The translations under genes were made by a program, and so were the position numbers. A stretch of DNA of 64,000 nt from Eledone cirrhosa (lineage: Eukaryota). The first letter of the stretch is position 1; every line of letters starts with the position of its first letter. The notes below the pieces were generated by a model, which saw nothing but the letters and a program-made list of their open reading frames with translations, did not search any database and was not told where the DNA came from. Location of the stretch: the NCBI GenBank assembly GCA_964016885.1, contig OZ024741.1, positions 244,900,001-244,964,000 of the forward strand, in the 5' to 3' direction. This document shows, in pieces, positions 40,399-55,600 of the stretch.

Positions 40399-40621
40399 AC
40401 CATTCGCCGGCGGACTTGACGTTTAACACGGTTTGGTTCCACAGCCACAACTATTGATTTTACGGAGATATCTTGCTGAAATTCACGCCACACATAGCCA
40501 ATGAGTGTCTGCACATGTACCAGTAATTACAGATCGATCCGACCACGGGCGGCCGGCCCGCGATTGAAAAGGTAAATCCGCCGGCTAATCGTCATTTTTG
40601 GATTCGTTTTCTTCGAAGCAC
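40399..40621 (+). repeat. 223-bp monomer with the same 4-bp deletion
   Basis: GGACTTGACGTTT at ~40412-40424. Confidence 0.97.
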
Positions 40622-43600
40622 ACCATTCGCCGGCGGACTTTGTTGACATTTAACACGGTTTGGTTCCACAGCCACAACTATTGATTTTACGGAGATATCT
40701 TGCTGAAATTCACGCCACACATAGCCAATGAGTGTCTGCACATGTACCAGTAATTACAGATCGATCCGACCACGGGCGGCCGGCCCGCGATTGAAAAGGT
40801 AAATCCGCTGGCTAATCGTCATTTTTGGATTCGTTTTCTTCGAAGCACACCATTCGCCGGCGGACTTTGTTGACGTTTAACACGGTTTGGTTCCACAGCC
40901 ACAACTATTGATTTTACGGAGATATCTTGCTGAAATTCACGCCACACATAGCCAATGAGTATCTGCACATGTACCAGTAATTACAGATCGATCCGACCGC
41001 GGGCGGCCGGCCCGCGATTAAAAAGGTAAAACCGCCGGCTAATTGTCATTTTTGGATTCGTTTTCTTTGAAGCACACCATTCGCCGGCGGACTTTGTTGA
41101 CGTTTAACACGGTTTGGTTCCACAGCCACAACTATTGATTTTACGGAGATATCTTGCTGAAATTCACGACACACATAGCCAATGTGACTCTGCACATGTA
41201 CCAGTAATTACAGATCGATCCGACCACGGGCGGCCGGCCCGCGATTGAAAAGGTAAATCCGCTGGCTAATCGTCATTTTTGGATTCGTTTTCTTCGAAGC
41301 ACACCATTCGCCGGCGGACTTTGTTGACGTTTAACACGGTTTGGTTCCACAGCCACAACTATTGATTTTACGGAGATATCTTGCTGAAATTCACGCCACA
41401 CATAGCCAATGAGTATCTGCACATGTACCAGTAATTACAGATCGATCCGACCGCGGGCGGCCGGCCCGCGATTAAAAAGGTAAAACCGCCGGCTAATTGT
41501 CATTTTTGGATTCGTTTTCTTCGAAGCACACCATTCGCCGGCGGACTTTGTTGACGTTTAACACGGTTTGGTTCCACAGCCACAACTATTGATTTTACGG
41601 AGATATCTTGCTGAAATTCACGCCACACATAGCCAATGGGTGTCTGCACATGTACCAGTAATTACAGATCGATCCGACCACGGGCGGCCGGCCCGCGATT
41701 GAAAAGGTAAATCCGCCGGCTAACCGTCATTTTTGGATTCGTTTTCTTCGAAGCACACCATTCGCCGGCGGACTTTGTTGACGTTTAACACGGTTTGGTT
41801 CCACAGCCACAACTATTGATTTTACGGAGATATCTTGCTGAAATTCACGCCACACATAGCCAATGAGTGTCTGCACATGTACCAGTAATTACAGATCGAT
41901 CCGACCGCGGGCGGCCGGCCCGCGATTGAAAAGGTAAATCCGCCGGCTAATAGTCATTTTTGGATTCGTTTTCTTCGAAGCACACCATTCGCCGGCGGAC
42001 TTTGTTGACGTTTAACACGGTTTGGTTCCACAGCCACAACTATTGATTTTACGGAGATATCTTGCTGAAATTCACGCCACACATAGCCAATGAGTATCTG
42101 CACATGTACCAGTAATTACAGATCGATCCGACCGCGGGCGGCCGGCCCGCGATTAAAAAGGTAAATCCGCCGGCTAATCGTCATTTTTGGATTCGTTTTC
42201 TTCGAAGCACACCATTCGCCGGCGGACTTTGTTGACGTTTAACACCGTTTGGTTCCACAGCCACAACTATTGATTTTACGGAGATATCTTGCTGAAATTC
42301 ACGCCACACATAGCCAATGAGTGTCTGCACATGTACCAGTAATTACAGATCGATCCGACCACGGGCGGCCGGCCCGCGATTGAAAAGGTAAATCCGCCGG
42401 CTAATCGTCATTTTTGGATTCGTTTTCTTCGAAGCACACCATTCGCCGGCGGACTTTGTTGACGTTTAACACGGTTTGGTTCCACAGCCACAACTATTGA
42501 TTTTACGGAGATATCTTGCTGAAATTCACGCCACACATAGCCAATGAGTATCTGCACATGTACCAGTAATTACAGATCGATCCGACCGCGGGCGGCCGGC
42601 CCGCGATTGAAAAGGTAAATCCGCCGGCTAATCGTCATTTTTGGATTCGTTTTCTTCGAAGCACACCATTCGCCGGCGGACTTTGTTGACGTTTAACACG
42701 GTTTGGTTCCACAGCCACAACTATTGATTTTACGGAGATATCTTGCTGAAATTCACGACACACATAGCCAATGTGAGTCTGCACATGTACCAGTAATTAC
42801 AGATCGATCCGACCACGGGCGGCCGGCCCGCGATTGAAAAGGTAAATCCGCCGGCTAATCGTCATTTTTGGATTCGTTTTCTTCGAAGCACACCATTCGC
42901 CGGCGGACTTTGTTGACATTTAACACGGTTTGGTTCCACAGCCACAACTATTGATTTTACGGAGATATCTTGCTGAAATTCACGCCACACATAGCCAATG
43001 AGTGTCTGCACATGTACCAGTAATTACAGATCGATCCGACCACGGGCGGCCGGCCCGCGATTGAAAAGGTAAATCCGCCGGCTAATCGTCATTTTTGGAT
43101 TCGTTTTCTTCGAAGCACACCATTCGCCGGCGGACTTTGTTGACGTTTAACACGGTTTGGTTCCACAGCCACAACTATTGATTTTACGGAGATATCTTGC
43201 TGAAATTCACGCCACACATAGCCAATGAGTGTCTGCACATGTACCAGTAATTACAGATCGATCCGACCGCGGGCGGCCGGCCCGCGATTAAAAAGGTAAA
43301 ACCGCCGGCTAATTGTCATTTTTGGATTCGTTTTCTTCGAAGCACACCATTCGCCGGCGGACTTTGTTGACGTTTAACACGGTTTTGTTCCACAGCCACA
43401 ACTATTGATTTTACGGAGATATCTTGCTGAAATTCACGACACACATAGCCAATGTGAGTCTGCACATGTACCAGTAATTACAGATCGATCCGACCGCGGG
43501 CGGCCGGCCCGCGATTAAAAAGGTAAATCCGCCGGCTAATCGTCATTTTTGGATTCGTTTTCTTCGAAGCACACCATTCGCCGGCGGACTTTGTTGACAT

Positions 43601-46600
43601 TTAACACGGTTTGGTTCCACAGCCACAACTATTGATTTTACGGAGATATCTTGCTGAAATTCACGCCACACATAGCCAATGAGTGTCTGCACATGTACCA
43701 GTAATTACAGATCGATCCGACCACGGGCGGCCGGCCCGCGATTGAAAAGGTAAATCCGCCGGCTAATCGTCATTTTTGGATTCGTTTTCTTCGAAGCACA
43801 CCATTCGCCGGCGGACTTTGTTGACGTTTAACACGGTTTGGTTCCACAGCCACAACTATTGATTTTACGGAGATATCTTGCTGAAATTCACGCCACACAT
43901 AGCCAATGAGTATCTGCACATGTACCAGTAATTACAGATCGATCCGACCGCGGGCGGCCGGCCCGCGATTGAAAAGGTAAATCCGCCGGCTAATCGTCAT
44001 TTTTGGATTCGTTTTCTTCGAAGCACACCATTCGCCGGCGGACTTTGTTGACGTTTAACACGGTTTGGTTCCACAGCCACAACTATTGATTTTACGGAGA
44101 TATCTTGCTGAAATTCACGACACACATAGCCAATGTGAGTCTGCACATGTACCAGTAATTACAGATCGATCCGACCACGGGCGGCCGGCCCGCGATTGAA
44201 AAGGTAAATCCGCCGGCTAATCGTCATTTTTGGATTCGTTTTCTTCGAAGCACACCATTCGCCGGCGGACTTTGTTGACGTTTAACACGGTTTGGTTCCA
44301 CAGCCACAACTATTGATTTTACGGAGATATCTTGCTGAAATTCACGCCACACATAGCCAATGAGTGTCTGCACATGTACCAGTAATTACAGATCGATCCG
44401 ACCACGGGCGGCCGGCCCGCGATTGAAAAGGTAAATCCGCCGGCTAATCGTCATTTTTGGATTCGTTTTCTTCGAAGCACACCATTCGCCGGCGGACTTT
44501 GTTGACGTTTAACACGGTTTGGTTCCACAGCCACAACTATTGATTTTACGGAGATATCTTGCTGAAATTCACGACACACATAGCCAATGTGAGTCTGCAC
44601 ATGTACCAGTAATTACAGATCGATCCGACCGCGGGCGGCCGGCCCGCGATTAAAAAGGTAAATCCGCCGGCTAATCGTCATTTTTGGATTCGTTTTCTTC
44701 GAAGCACACCATTCGCCGGCGGACTTTGTTGACATTTAACACGGTTTGGTTCCACAGCCACAACTATTGATTTTACGGAGATATCTTGCTGAAATTCACG
44801 CCACACATAGCCAATGAGTGTCTGCACATGTACCAGTAATTACAGATCGATCCGACCACGGGCGGCCGGCCCGCGATTGAAAAGGTAAATCCGCCGGCTA
44901 ATCGTCATTTTTGGATTCGTTTTCTTCGAAGCACACCATTCGCCGGCGGACTTTGTTGACGTTTAACACGGTTTGGTTCCACAGCCACAACTATTGATTT
45001 TACGGAGATATCTTGCTGAAATTCACGCCACACATAGCCAATGAGTATCTGCACATGTACCAGTAATTACAGATCGATCCGACCGCGGGCGGCCGGCCCG
45101 CGATTGAAAAGGTAAATCCGCCGGCTAATCGTCATTTTTGGATTCGTTTTCTTCGAAGCACACCATTCGCCGGCGGACTTTGTTGACGTTTAACACGGTT
45201 TGGTTCCACAGCCACAACTATTGATTTTACGGAGATATCTTGCTGAAATTCACGACACACATAGCCAATGTGAGTCTGCACATGTACCAGTAATTACAGA
45301 TCGATCCGACCACGGGCGGCCGGCCCGCGATTGAAAAGGTAAATCCGCCGGCTAATCGTCATTTTTGGATTCGTTTTCTTCGAAGCACACCATTCGCCGG
45401 CGGACTTTGTTGACATTTAACACGGTTTGGTTCCACAGCCACAACTATTGATTTTACGGAGATATCTTGCTGAAATTCACGCCACACATAGCCAATGAGT
45501 GTCTGCACATGTACCAGTAATTACAGATCGATCCGACCACGGGCGGCCGGCCCGCGATTGAAAAGGTAAATCCGCCGGCTAATCGTCATTTTTGGATTCG
45601 TTTTCTTCGAAGCACACCATTCGCCGGCGGACTTTGTTGACGTTTAACACGGTTTGGTTCCACAGCCACAACTATTGATTTTACGGAGATATCTTGCTGA
45701 AATTCACGCCACACATAGCCAATGAGTATCTGCACATGTACCAGTAATTACAGATCGATCCGACCGCGGGCGGCCGGCCCGCGATTGAAAAGGTAAATCC
45801 GCCGGCTAATCGTCATTTTTGGATTCGTTTTCTTCGAAGCACACCATTCGCCGGCGGACTTTGTTGACGTTTAACACGGTTTGGTTCCACAGCCACAACT
45901 ATTGATTTTACGGAGATATCTTGCTGAAATTCACGACACACATAGCCAATGTGAGTCTGCACATGTACCAGTAATTACAGATCGATCCGACCACGGGCGG
46001 CCGGCCCGCGATTGAAAAGGTAAATCCGCCGGCTAATCGTCATTTTTGGATTCGTTTTCTTCGAAGCACACCATTCGCCGGCGGACTTTGTTGACATTTA
46101 ACACGGTTTGGTTCCACAGCCACAACTATTGATTTTACGGAGATATCTTGCTGAAATTCACGCCACACATAGCCAATGAGTGTCTGCACATGTACCAGTA
46201 ATTACAGATCGATCCGACCACGGGCGGCCGGCCCGCGATTGAAAAGGTAAATCCGCCGGCTAATCGTCATTTTTGGATTCGTTTTCTTCGAAGCACACCA
46301 TTCGCCGGCGGACTTTGTTGACGTTTAACACGGTTTGGTTCCACAGCCACAACTATTGATTTTACGGAGATATCTTGCTGAAATTCACGCCACACATAGC
46401 CAATGAGTATCTGCACATGTACCAGTAATTACAGATCGATCCGACCGCGGGCGGCCGGCCCGCGATTAAAAAGGTAAATCCGCCGGCTAATTGTCATTTT
46501 TGGATTCGTTTTCTTCGAAGCACACCATTCGCCGGCGGACTTTGTTGACATTTAACACGGTTTGGTTCCACAGCCACAACTATTGATTTTACGGAGATAT

Positions 46601-49600
46601 CTTGCTGAAATTCACGCCACACATAGCCAATGAGTGTCTGCACATGTACCAGTAATTACAGATCGATCCGACCACGGGCGGCCGGCCCGCGATTGAAAAG
46701 GTAAATCCGCCGGCTAATCGTCATTTTTGGATTCGTTTTCTTCGAAGCACACCATTCGCCGGCGGACTTTGTTGACGTTTAACACGGTTTGGTTCCACAG
46801 CCACAACTATTGATTTTACGGAGATATCTTGCTGAAATTCACGCCACACATAGCCAATGAGTATCTGCACATGTACCAGTAATTACAGATCGATCCGACC
46901 GCGGGCGGCCGGCCCGCGATTAAAAAGGTAAATCCGCCGGCTAATTGTCATTTTTGGATTCGTTTTCTTCGAAGCACACCATTCGCCGGCGGACTTTGTT
47001 GACGTTTAACACGGTTTGGTTCCACAGCCACAACTATTGATTTTACGGAGATATCTTGCTGAAATTCACGCCACACATAGCCAATGAGTGTCTGCACATG
47101 TACCAGTAATTACAGATCGATCCGACCACGGGCGGCCGGCCCGCGATTGAAAAGGTAAATCCGCCGGCTAATCGTCATTTTTGGATTCGTTTTCTTCGAA
47201 GCACACCATTCGCCGGCGGACTTTGTTGACGTTTAACACGGTTTGGTTCCACAGCCACAACTATTGATTTTACGGAGATATCTTGCTGAAATTCACGCCA
47301 CACATAGCCAATGAGTGTCTGCACATGTACCAGTAATTACAGATCGATCCGACCGCGGGCGGCCGGCCCGCGATTAAAAAGGTAAAACCGCCGGCTAATT
47401 GTCATTTTTGGATTCGTTTTCTTCGAAGCACACCATTCGCCGGCGGACTTTGTTGACGTTTAACACGGTTTGGTTCCACAGCCACAACTATTGATTTTAC
47501 GGAGATATCTTGCTGAAATTCACGACACACATAGCCAATGTGAGTCTGCACATGTACCAGTAATTACAGATCGATCCGACCGCGGGCGGCCGGCCCGCGA
47601 TTAAAAAGGTAAATCCGCCGGCTAATCGTCATTTTTGGATTCGTTTTCTTCGAAGCACACCATTCGCCGGCGGACTTTGTTGACATTTAACACGGTTTGG
47701 TTCCACAGCCACAACTATTGATTTTACGGAGATATCTTGCTGAAATTCACGCCACACATAGCCAATGAGTGTCTGCACATGTACCAGTAATTACAGATCG
47801 ATCCGACCACGGGCGGCCGGCCCGCGATTGAAAAGGTAAATCCGCCGGCTAATCGTCATTTTTGGATTCGTTTTCTTCGAAGCACACCATTCGCCGGCGG
47901 ACTTTGTTGACGTTTAACACGGTTTGGTTCCACAGCCACAACTATTGATTTTACGGAGATATCTTGCTGAAATTCACGCCACACATAGCCAATGAGTATC
48001 TGCACATGTACCAGTAATTACAGATCGATCCGACCGCGGGCGGCCGGCCCGCGATTGAAAAGGTAAATCCGCCGGCTAATCGTCATTTTTGGATTCGTTT
48101 TCTTCGAAGCACACCATTCGCCGGCGGACTTTGTTGACGTTTAACACGGTTTGGTTCCACAGCCACAACTATTGATTTTACGGAGATATCTTGCTGAAAT
48201 TCACGACACACATAGCCAATGTGAGTCTGCACATGTACCAGTAATTACAGATCGATCCGACCACGGGCGGCCGGCCCGCGATTGAAAAGGTAAATCCGCC
48301 GGCTAATCGTCATTTTTGGATTCGTTTTCTTCGAAGCACACCATTCGCCGGCGGACTTTGTTGACATTTAACACGGTTTGGTTCCACAGCCACAACTATT
48401 GATTTTACGGAGATATCTTGCTGAAATTCACGCCACACATAGCCAATGAGTGTCTGCACATGTACCAGTAATTACAGATCGATCCGACCACGGGCGGCCG
48501 GCCCGCGATTGAAAAGGTAAATCCGCCGGCTAATCGTCATTTTTGGATTCGTTTTCTTCGAAGCACACCATTCGCCGGCGGACTTTGTTGACGTTTAACA
48601 CGGTTTGGTTCCACAGCCACAACTATTGATTTTACGGAGATATCTTGCTGAAATTCACGCCACACATAGCCAATGAGTGTCTGCACATGTACCAGTAATT
48701 ACAGATCGATCCGACCACGGGCGGCCGGCCCGCGATTGAAAAGGTAAATCCGCCGGCTAATCGTCATTTTTGGATTCGTTTTCTTCGAAGCACACCATTC
48801 GCCGGCGGACTTTGTTGACGTTTAACACGGTTTGGTTCCACAGCCACAACTATTGATTTTACGGAGATATCTTGCTGAAATTCACGCCACACATAGCCAA
48901 TGAGTATCTGCACATGTACCAGTAATTACAGATCGATCCGACCGCGGGCGGCCGGCCCGCGATTGAAAAGGTAAATCCGCCGGCTAATCGTCATTTTTGG
49001 ATTCGTTTTCTTCGAAGCACACCATTCGCCGGCGGACTTTGTTGACGTTTAACACGGTTTGGTTCCACAGCCACAACTATTGATTTTACGGAGATATCTT
49101 GCTGAAATTCACGACACACATAGCCAATGTGAGTCTGCACATGTACCAGTAATTACAGATCGATCCGACCACGGGCGGCCGGCCCGCGATTGAAAAGGTA
49201 AATCCGCCGGCTAATCGTCATTTTTGGATTCGTTTTCTTCGAAGCACACCATTCGCCGGCGGACTTTGTTGACATTTAACACGGTTTGGTTCCACAGCCA
49301 CAACTATTGATTTTACGGAGATATCTTGCTGAAATTCACGCCACACATAGCCAATGAGTGTCTGCACATGTACCAGTAATTACAGATCGATCCGACCACG
49401 GGCGGCCGGCCCGCGATTGAAAAGGTAAATCCGCCGGCTAATCGTCATTTTTGGATTCGTTTTCTTCGAAGCACACCATTCGCCGGCGGACTTTGTTGAC
49501 GTTTAACACGGTTTGGTTCCACAGCCACAACTATTGATTTTACGGAGATATCTTGCTGAAATTCACGCCACACATAGCCAATGAGTATCTGCACATGTAC

Positions 49601-52600
49601 CAGTAATTACAGATCGATCCGACCGCGGGCGGCCGGCCCGCGATTGAAAAGGTAAATCCGCCGGCTAATCGTCATTTTTGGATTCGTTTTCTTCGAAGCA
49701 CACCATTCGCCGGCGGACTTTGTTGACGTTTAACACGGTTTGGTTCCACAGCCACAACTATTGATTTTACGGAGATATCTTGCTGAAATTCACGACACAC
49801 ATAGCCAATGTGAGTCTGCACATGTACCAGTAATTACAGATCGATCCGACCACGGGCGGCCGGCCCGCGATTGAAAAGGTAAATCCGCCGGCTAATCGTC
49901 ATTTTTGGATTCGTTTTCTTCGAAGCACACCATTCGCCGGCGGACTTTGTTGACATTTAACACGGTTTGGTTCCACAGCCACAACTATTGATTTTACGGA
50001 GATATCTTGCTGAAATTCACGCCACACATAGCCAATGAGTGTCTGCACATGTACCAGTAATTACAGATCGATCCGACCACGGGCGGCCGGCCCGCGATTG
50101 AAAAGGTAAATCCGCCGGCTAATCGTCATTTTTGGATTCGTTTTCTTCGAAGCACACCATTCGCCGGCGGACTTTGTTGACGTTTAACACGGTTTGGTTC
50201 CACAGCCACAACTATTGATTTTACGGAGATATCTTGCTGAAATTCACGCCACACATAGCCAATGAGTATCTGCACATGTACCAGTAATTACAGATCGATC
50301 CGACCGCGGGCGGCCGGCCCGCGATTAAAAAGGTAAATCCGCCGGCTAATTGTCATTTTTGGATTCGTTTTCTTCGAAGCACACCATTCGCCGGCGGACT
50401 TTGTTGACGTTTAACACGGTTTGGTTCCACAGCCACAACTATTGATTTTACGGAGATATCTTGCTGAAATTCACGCCACACATAGCCAATGAGTGTCTGC
50501 ACATGTACCAGTAATTACAGATCGATCCGACCACGGGCGGCCGGCCCGCGATTGAAAAGGTAAATCCGCCGGCTAATCGTCATTTTTGGATTCGTTTTCT
50601 TCGAAGCACACCATTCGCCGGCGGACTTTGTTGACGTTTAACACGGTTTGGTTCCACAGCCACAACTATTGATTTTACGGAGATATCTTGCTGAAATTCA
50701 CGCCACACATAGCCAATGAGTGTCTGCACATGTACCAGTAATTACAGATCGATCCGACCGCGGGCGGCCGGCCCGCGATTAAAAAGGTAAAACCGCCGGC
50801 TAATTGTCATTTTTGGATTCGTTTTCTTCGAAGCACACCATTCGCCGGCGGACTTTGTTGACGTTTAACACGGTTTGGTTCCACAGCCACAACTATTGAT
50901 TTTACGGAGATATCTTGCTGAAATTCACGACACACATAGCCAATGTGAGTCTGCACATGTACCAGTAATTACAGATCGATCCGACCGCGGGCGGCCGGCC
51001 CGCGATTAAAAAGGTAAATCCGCCGGCTAATCGTCATTTTTGGATTCGTTTTCTTCGAAGCACACCATTCGCCGGCGGACTTTGTTGACATTTAACACGG
51101 TTTGGTTCCACAGCCACAACTATTGATTTTACGGAGATATCTTGCTGAAATTCACGCCACACATAGCCAATGAGTGTCTGCACATGTACCAGTAATTACA
51201 GATCGATCCGACCACGGGCGGCCGGCCCGCGATTGAAAAGGTAAATCCGCCGGCTAATCGTCATTTTTGGATTCGTTTTCTTCGAAGCACACCATTCGCC
51301 GGCGGACTTTGTTGACGTTTAACACGGTTTGGTTCCACAGCCACAACTATTGATTTTACGGAGATATCTTGCTGAAATTCACGCCACACATAGCCAATGA
51401 GTATCTGCACATGTACCAGTAATTACAGATCGATCCGATCGCGGGCGGCCGGCCCGCGATTGAAAAGGTAAATCCGCCGGCTAATCGTCATTTTTGGATT
51501 CGTTTTCTTCGAAGCACACCATTCGCCGGCGGACTTTGTTGACGTTTAACACGGTTTGGTTCCACAGCCACAACTATTGATTTTACGGAGATATCTTGCT
51601 GAAATTCACGACACACATAGCCAATGTGAGTCTGCACATGTACCAGTAATTACAGATCGATCCGACCACGGGCGGCCGGCCCGCGATTGAAAAGGTAAAT
51701 CCGCCGGCTAATCGTCATTTTTGGATTCGTTTTCTTCGAAGCACACCATTCGCCGGCGGACTTTGTTGACATTTAACACGGTTTGGTTCCACAGCCACAA
51801 CTATTGATTTTACGGAGATATCTTGCTGAAATTCACGCCACACATAGCCAATGAGTGTCTGCACATGTACCAGTAATTACAGATCGATCCGACCACGGGC
51901 GGCCGGCCCGCGATTGAAAAGGTAAATCCGCCGGCTAATCGTCATTTTTGGATTCGTTTTCTTCGAAGCACACCATTCGCCGGCGGACTTTGTTGACGTT
52001 TAACACGGTTTGGTTCCACAGCCACAACTATTGATTTTACGGAGATATCTTGCTGAAATTCACGCCACACATAGCCAATGAGTATCTGCACATGTACCAG
52101 TAATTACAGATCGATCCGACCGCGGGCGGCCGGCCCGCGATTGAAAAGGTAAATCCGCCGGCTAATCGTCATTTTTGGATTCGTTTTCTTCGAAGCACAC
52201 CATTCGCCGGCGGACTTTGTTGACGTTTAACACGGTTTGGTTCCACAGCCACAACTATTGATTTTACGGAGATATCTTGCTGAAATTCACGACACACATA
52301 GCCAATGTGAGTCTGCACATGTACCAGTAATTACAGATCGATCCGACCACGGGCGGCCGGCCCGCGATTGAAAAGGTAAATCCGCCGGCTAATCGTCATT
52401 TTTGGATTCGTTTTCTTCGAAGCACACCATTCGCCGGCGGACTTTGTTGACATTTAACACGGTTTGGTTCCACAGCCACAACTATTGATTTTACGGAGAT
52501 ATCTTGCTGAAATTCACGCCACACATAGCCAATGAGTGTCTGCACATGTACCAGTAATTACAGATCGATCCGACCACGGGCGGCCGGCCCGCGATTGAAA

Positions 52601-55600
52601 AGGTAAATCCGCCGGCTAATCGTCATTTTTGGATTCGTTTTCTTCGAAGCACACCATTCGCCGGCGGACTTTGTTGACGTTTAACACGGTTTGGTTCCAC
52701 AGCCACAACTATTGATTTTACGGAGATATCTTGCTGAAATTCACGCCACACATAGCCAATGAGTATCTGCACATGTACCAGTAATTACAGATCGATCCGA
52801 CCGCGGGCGGCCGGCCCGCGATTAAAAAGGTAAATCCGCCGGCTAATTGTCATTTTTGGATTCGTTTTCTTCGAAGCACACCATTCGCCGGCGGACTTTG
52901 TTGACGTTTAACACGGTTTGGTTCCACAGCCACAACTATTGATTTTACGGAGATATCTTGCTGAAATTCACGCCACACATAGCCAATGAGTGTCTGCACA
53001 TGTACCAGTAATTACAGATCGATCCGACCACGGGCGGCCGGCCCGCGATTGAAAAGGTAAATCCGCCGGCTAATCGTCATTTTTGGATTCGTTTTCTTCG
53101 AAGCACACCATTCGCCGGCGGACTTTGTTGACGTTTAACACGGTTTGGTTCCACAGCCACAACTATTGATTTTACGGAGATATCTTGCTGAAATTCACGC
53201 CACACATAGCCAATGAGTATCTGCACATGTACCAGTAATTACAGATCGATCCGACCGCGGGCGGCCGGCCCGCGATTGAAAAGGTAAATCCGCCGGCTAA
53301 TCGTCATTTTTGGATTCGTTTTCTTCGAAGCACACCATTCGCCGGCGGACTTTGTTGACGTTTAACACGGTTTGGTTCCACAGCCACAACTATTGATTTT
53401 ACGGAGATATCTTGCTGAAATTCACGACACACATAGCCAATGTGAGTCTGCACATGTACCAGTAATTACAGATCGATCCGACCACGGGCGGCCGGCCCGC
53501 GATTGAAAAGGTAAATCCGCCGGCTAATCGTCATTTTTGGATTCGTTTTCTTCGAAGCACACCATTCGCCGGCGGACTTTGTTGACGTTTAACACGGTTT
53601 GGTTCCACAGCCACAACTATTGATTTTACGGAGATATCTTGCTGAAATTCACGCCACACATAGCCAATGAGTATCTGCACATGTACCAGTAATTACAGAT
53701 CGATCCGACCGCGGGCGGCCGGCCCGCGATTAAAAAGGTAAATCCGCCGGCTAATTGTCATTTTTGGATTCGTTTTCTTCGAAGCACACCATTCGCCGGC
53801 GGACTTTGTTGACGTTTAACACGGTTTGGTTCCACAGCCACAACTATTGATTTTACGGAGATATCTTGCTGAAATTCACGCCACACATAGCCAATGAGTG
53901 TCTGCACATGTACCAGTAATTACAGATCGATCCGACCACGGGCGGCCGGCCCGCGATTGAAAAGGTAAATCCGCCGGCTAATCGTCATTTTTGGATTCGT
54001 TTTCTTCGAAGCACACCATTCGCCGGCGGACTTTGTTGACGTTTAACACGGTTTGGTTCCACAGCCACAACTATTGATTTTACGGAGATATCTTGCTGAA
54101 ATTCACGCCACACATAGCCAATGAGTGTCTGCACATGTACCAGTAATTACAGATCGATCCGACCGCGGGCGGCCGGCCCGCGATTAAAAAGGTAAAACCG
54201 CCGGCTAATTGTCATTTTTGGATTCGTTTTCTTCGAAGCACACCATTCGCCGGCGGACTTTGTTGACGTTTAACACGGTTTGGTTCCACAGCCACAACTA
54301 TTGATTTTACGGAGATATCTTGCTGAAATTCACGACACACATAGCCAATGTGAGTCTGCACATGTACCAGTAATTACAGATCGATCCGACCGCGGGCGGC
54401 CGGCCCGCGATTAAAAAGGTAAATCCGCCGGCTAATCGTCATTTTTGGATTCGTTTTCTTCGAAGCACACCATTCGCCGGCGGACTTTGTTGACATTTAA
54501 CACGGTTTGGTTCCACAGCCACAACTATTGATTTTACGGAGATATCTTGCTGAAATTCACGCCACACATAGCCAATGAGTGTCTGCACATGTACCAGTAA
54601 TTACAGATCGATCCGACCACGGGCGGCCGGCCCGCGATTGAAAAGGTAAATCCGCCGGCTAATCGTCATTTTTGGATTCGTTTTCTTCGAAGCACACCAT
54701 TCGCCGGCGGACTTTGTTGACGTTTAACACGGTTTGGTTCCACAGCCACAACTATTGATTTTACGGAGATATCTTGCTGAAATTCACGCCACACATAGCC
54801 AATGAGTATCTGCACATGTACCAGTAATTACAGATCGATCCGACCGCGGGCGGCCGGCCCGCGATTGAAAAGGTAAATCCGCCGGCTAATCGTCATTTTT
54901 GGATTCGTTTTCTTCGAAGCACACCATTCGCCGGCGGACTTTGTTGACGTTTAACACGGTTTGGTTCCACAGCCACAACTATTGATTTTACGGAGATATC
55001 TTGCTGAAATTCACGACACACATAGCCAATGTGAGTCTGCACATGTACCAGTAATTACAGATCGATCCGACCACGGCCGGCCGGCCCGCGATTGAAAAGG
55101 TAAATCCGCCGGCTAATCGTCATTTTTGGATTCGTTTTCTTCGAAGCACACCATTCGCCGGCGGACTTTGTTGACATTTAACACGGTTTGGTTCCACAGC
55201 CACAACTATTGATTTTACGGAGATATCTTGCTGAAATTCACGCCACACATAGCCAATGAGTGTCTGCACATGTACCAGTAATTACAGATCGATCCGACCG
55301 CGGGCGGCCGGCCCGCGATTAAAAAGGTAAATCCGCCGGCTAATTGTCATTTTTGGATTCGTTTTCTTCGAAGCACACCATTCGCCGGCGGACTTTGTTG
55401 ACGTTTAACACGGTTTGGTTCCACAGCCACAACTATTGATTTTACGGAGATATCTTGCTGAAATTCACGCCACACATAGCCAATGAGTGTCTGCACATGT
55501 ACCAGTAATTACAGATCGATCCGACCACGGGCGGCCGGCCCGCGATTGAAAAGGTAAATCCGCCGGCTAATCGTCATTTTTGGATTCGTTTTCTTCGAAG

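Larger units (their letters stand above)
25652..40621 (+). repeat. Non-adjacent duplication of a ~23-monomer block: 25652-30868 and 35405-40621 (offset 9753 bp)
   Basis: Rare A110C only at 25761 and 35514, each followed by two adjacent C188T monomers and the same downstream series, ending in a deletion monomer. Confidence 0.88.
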
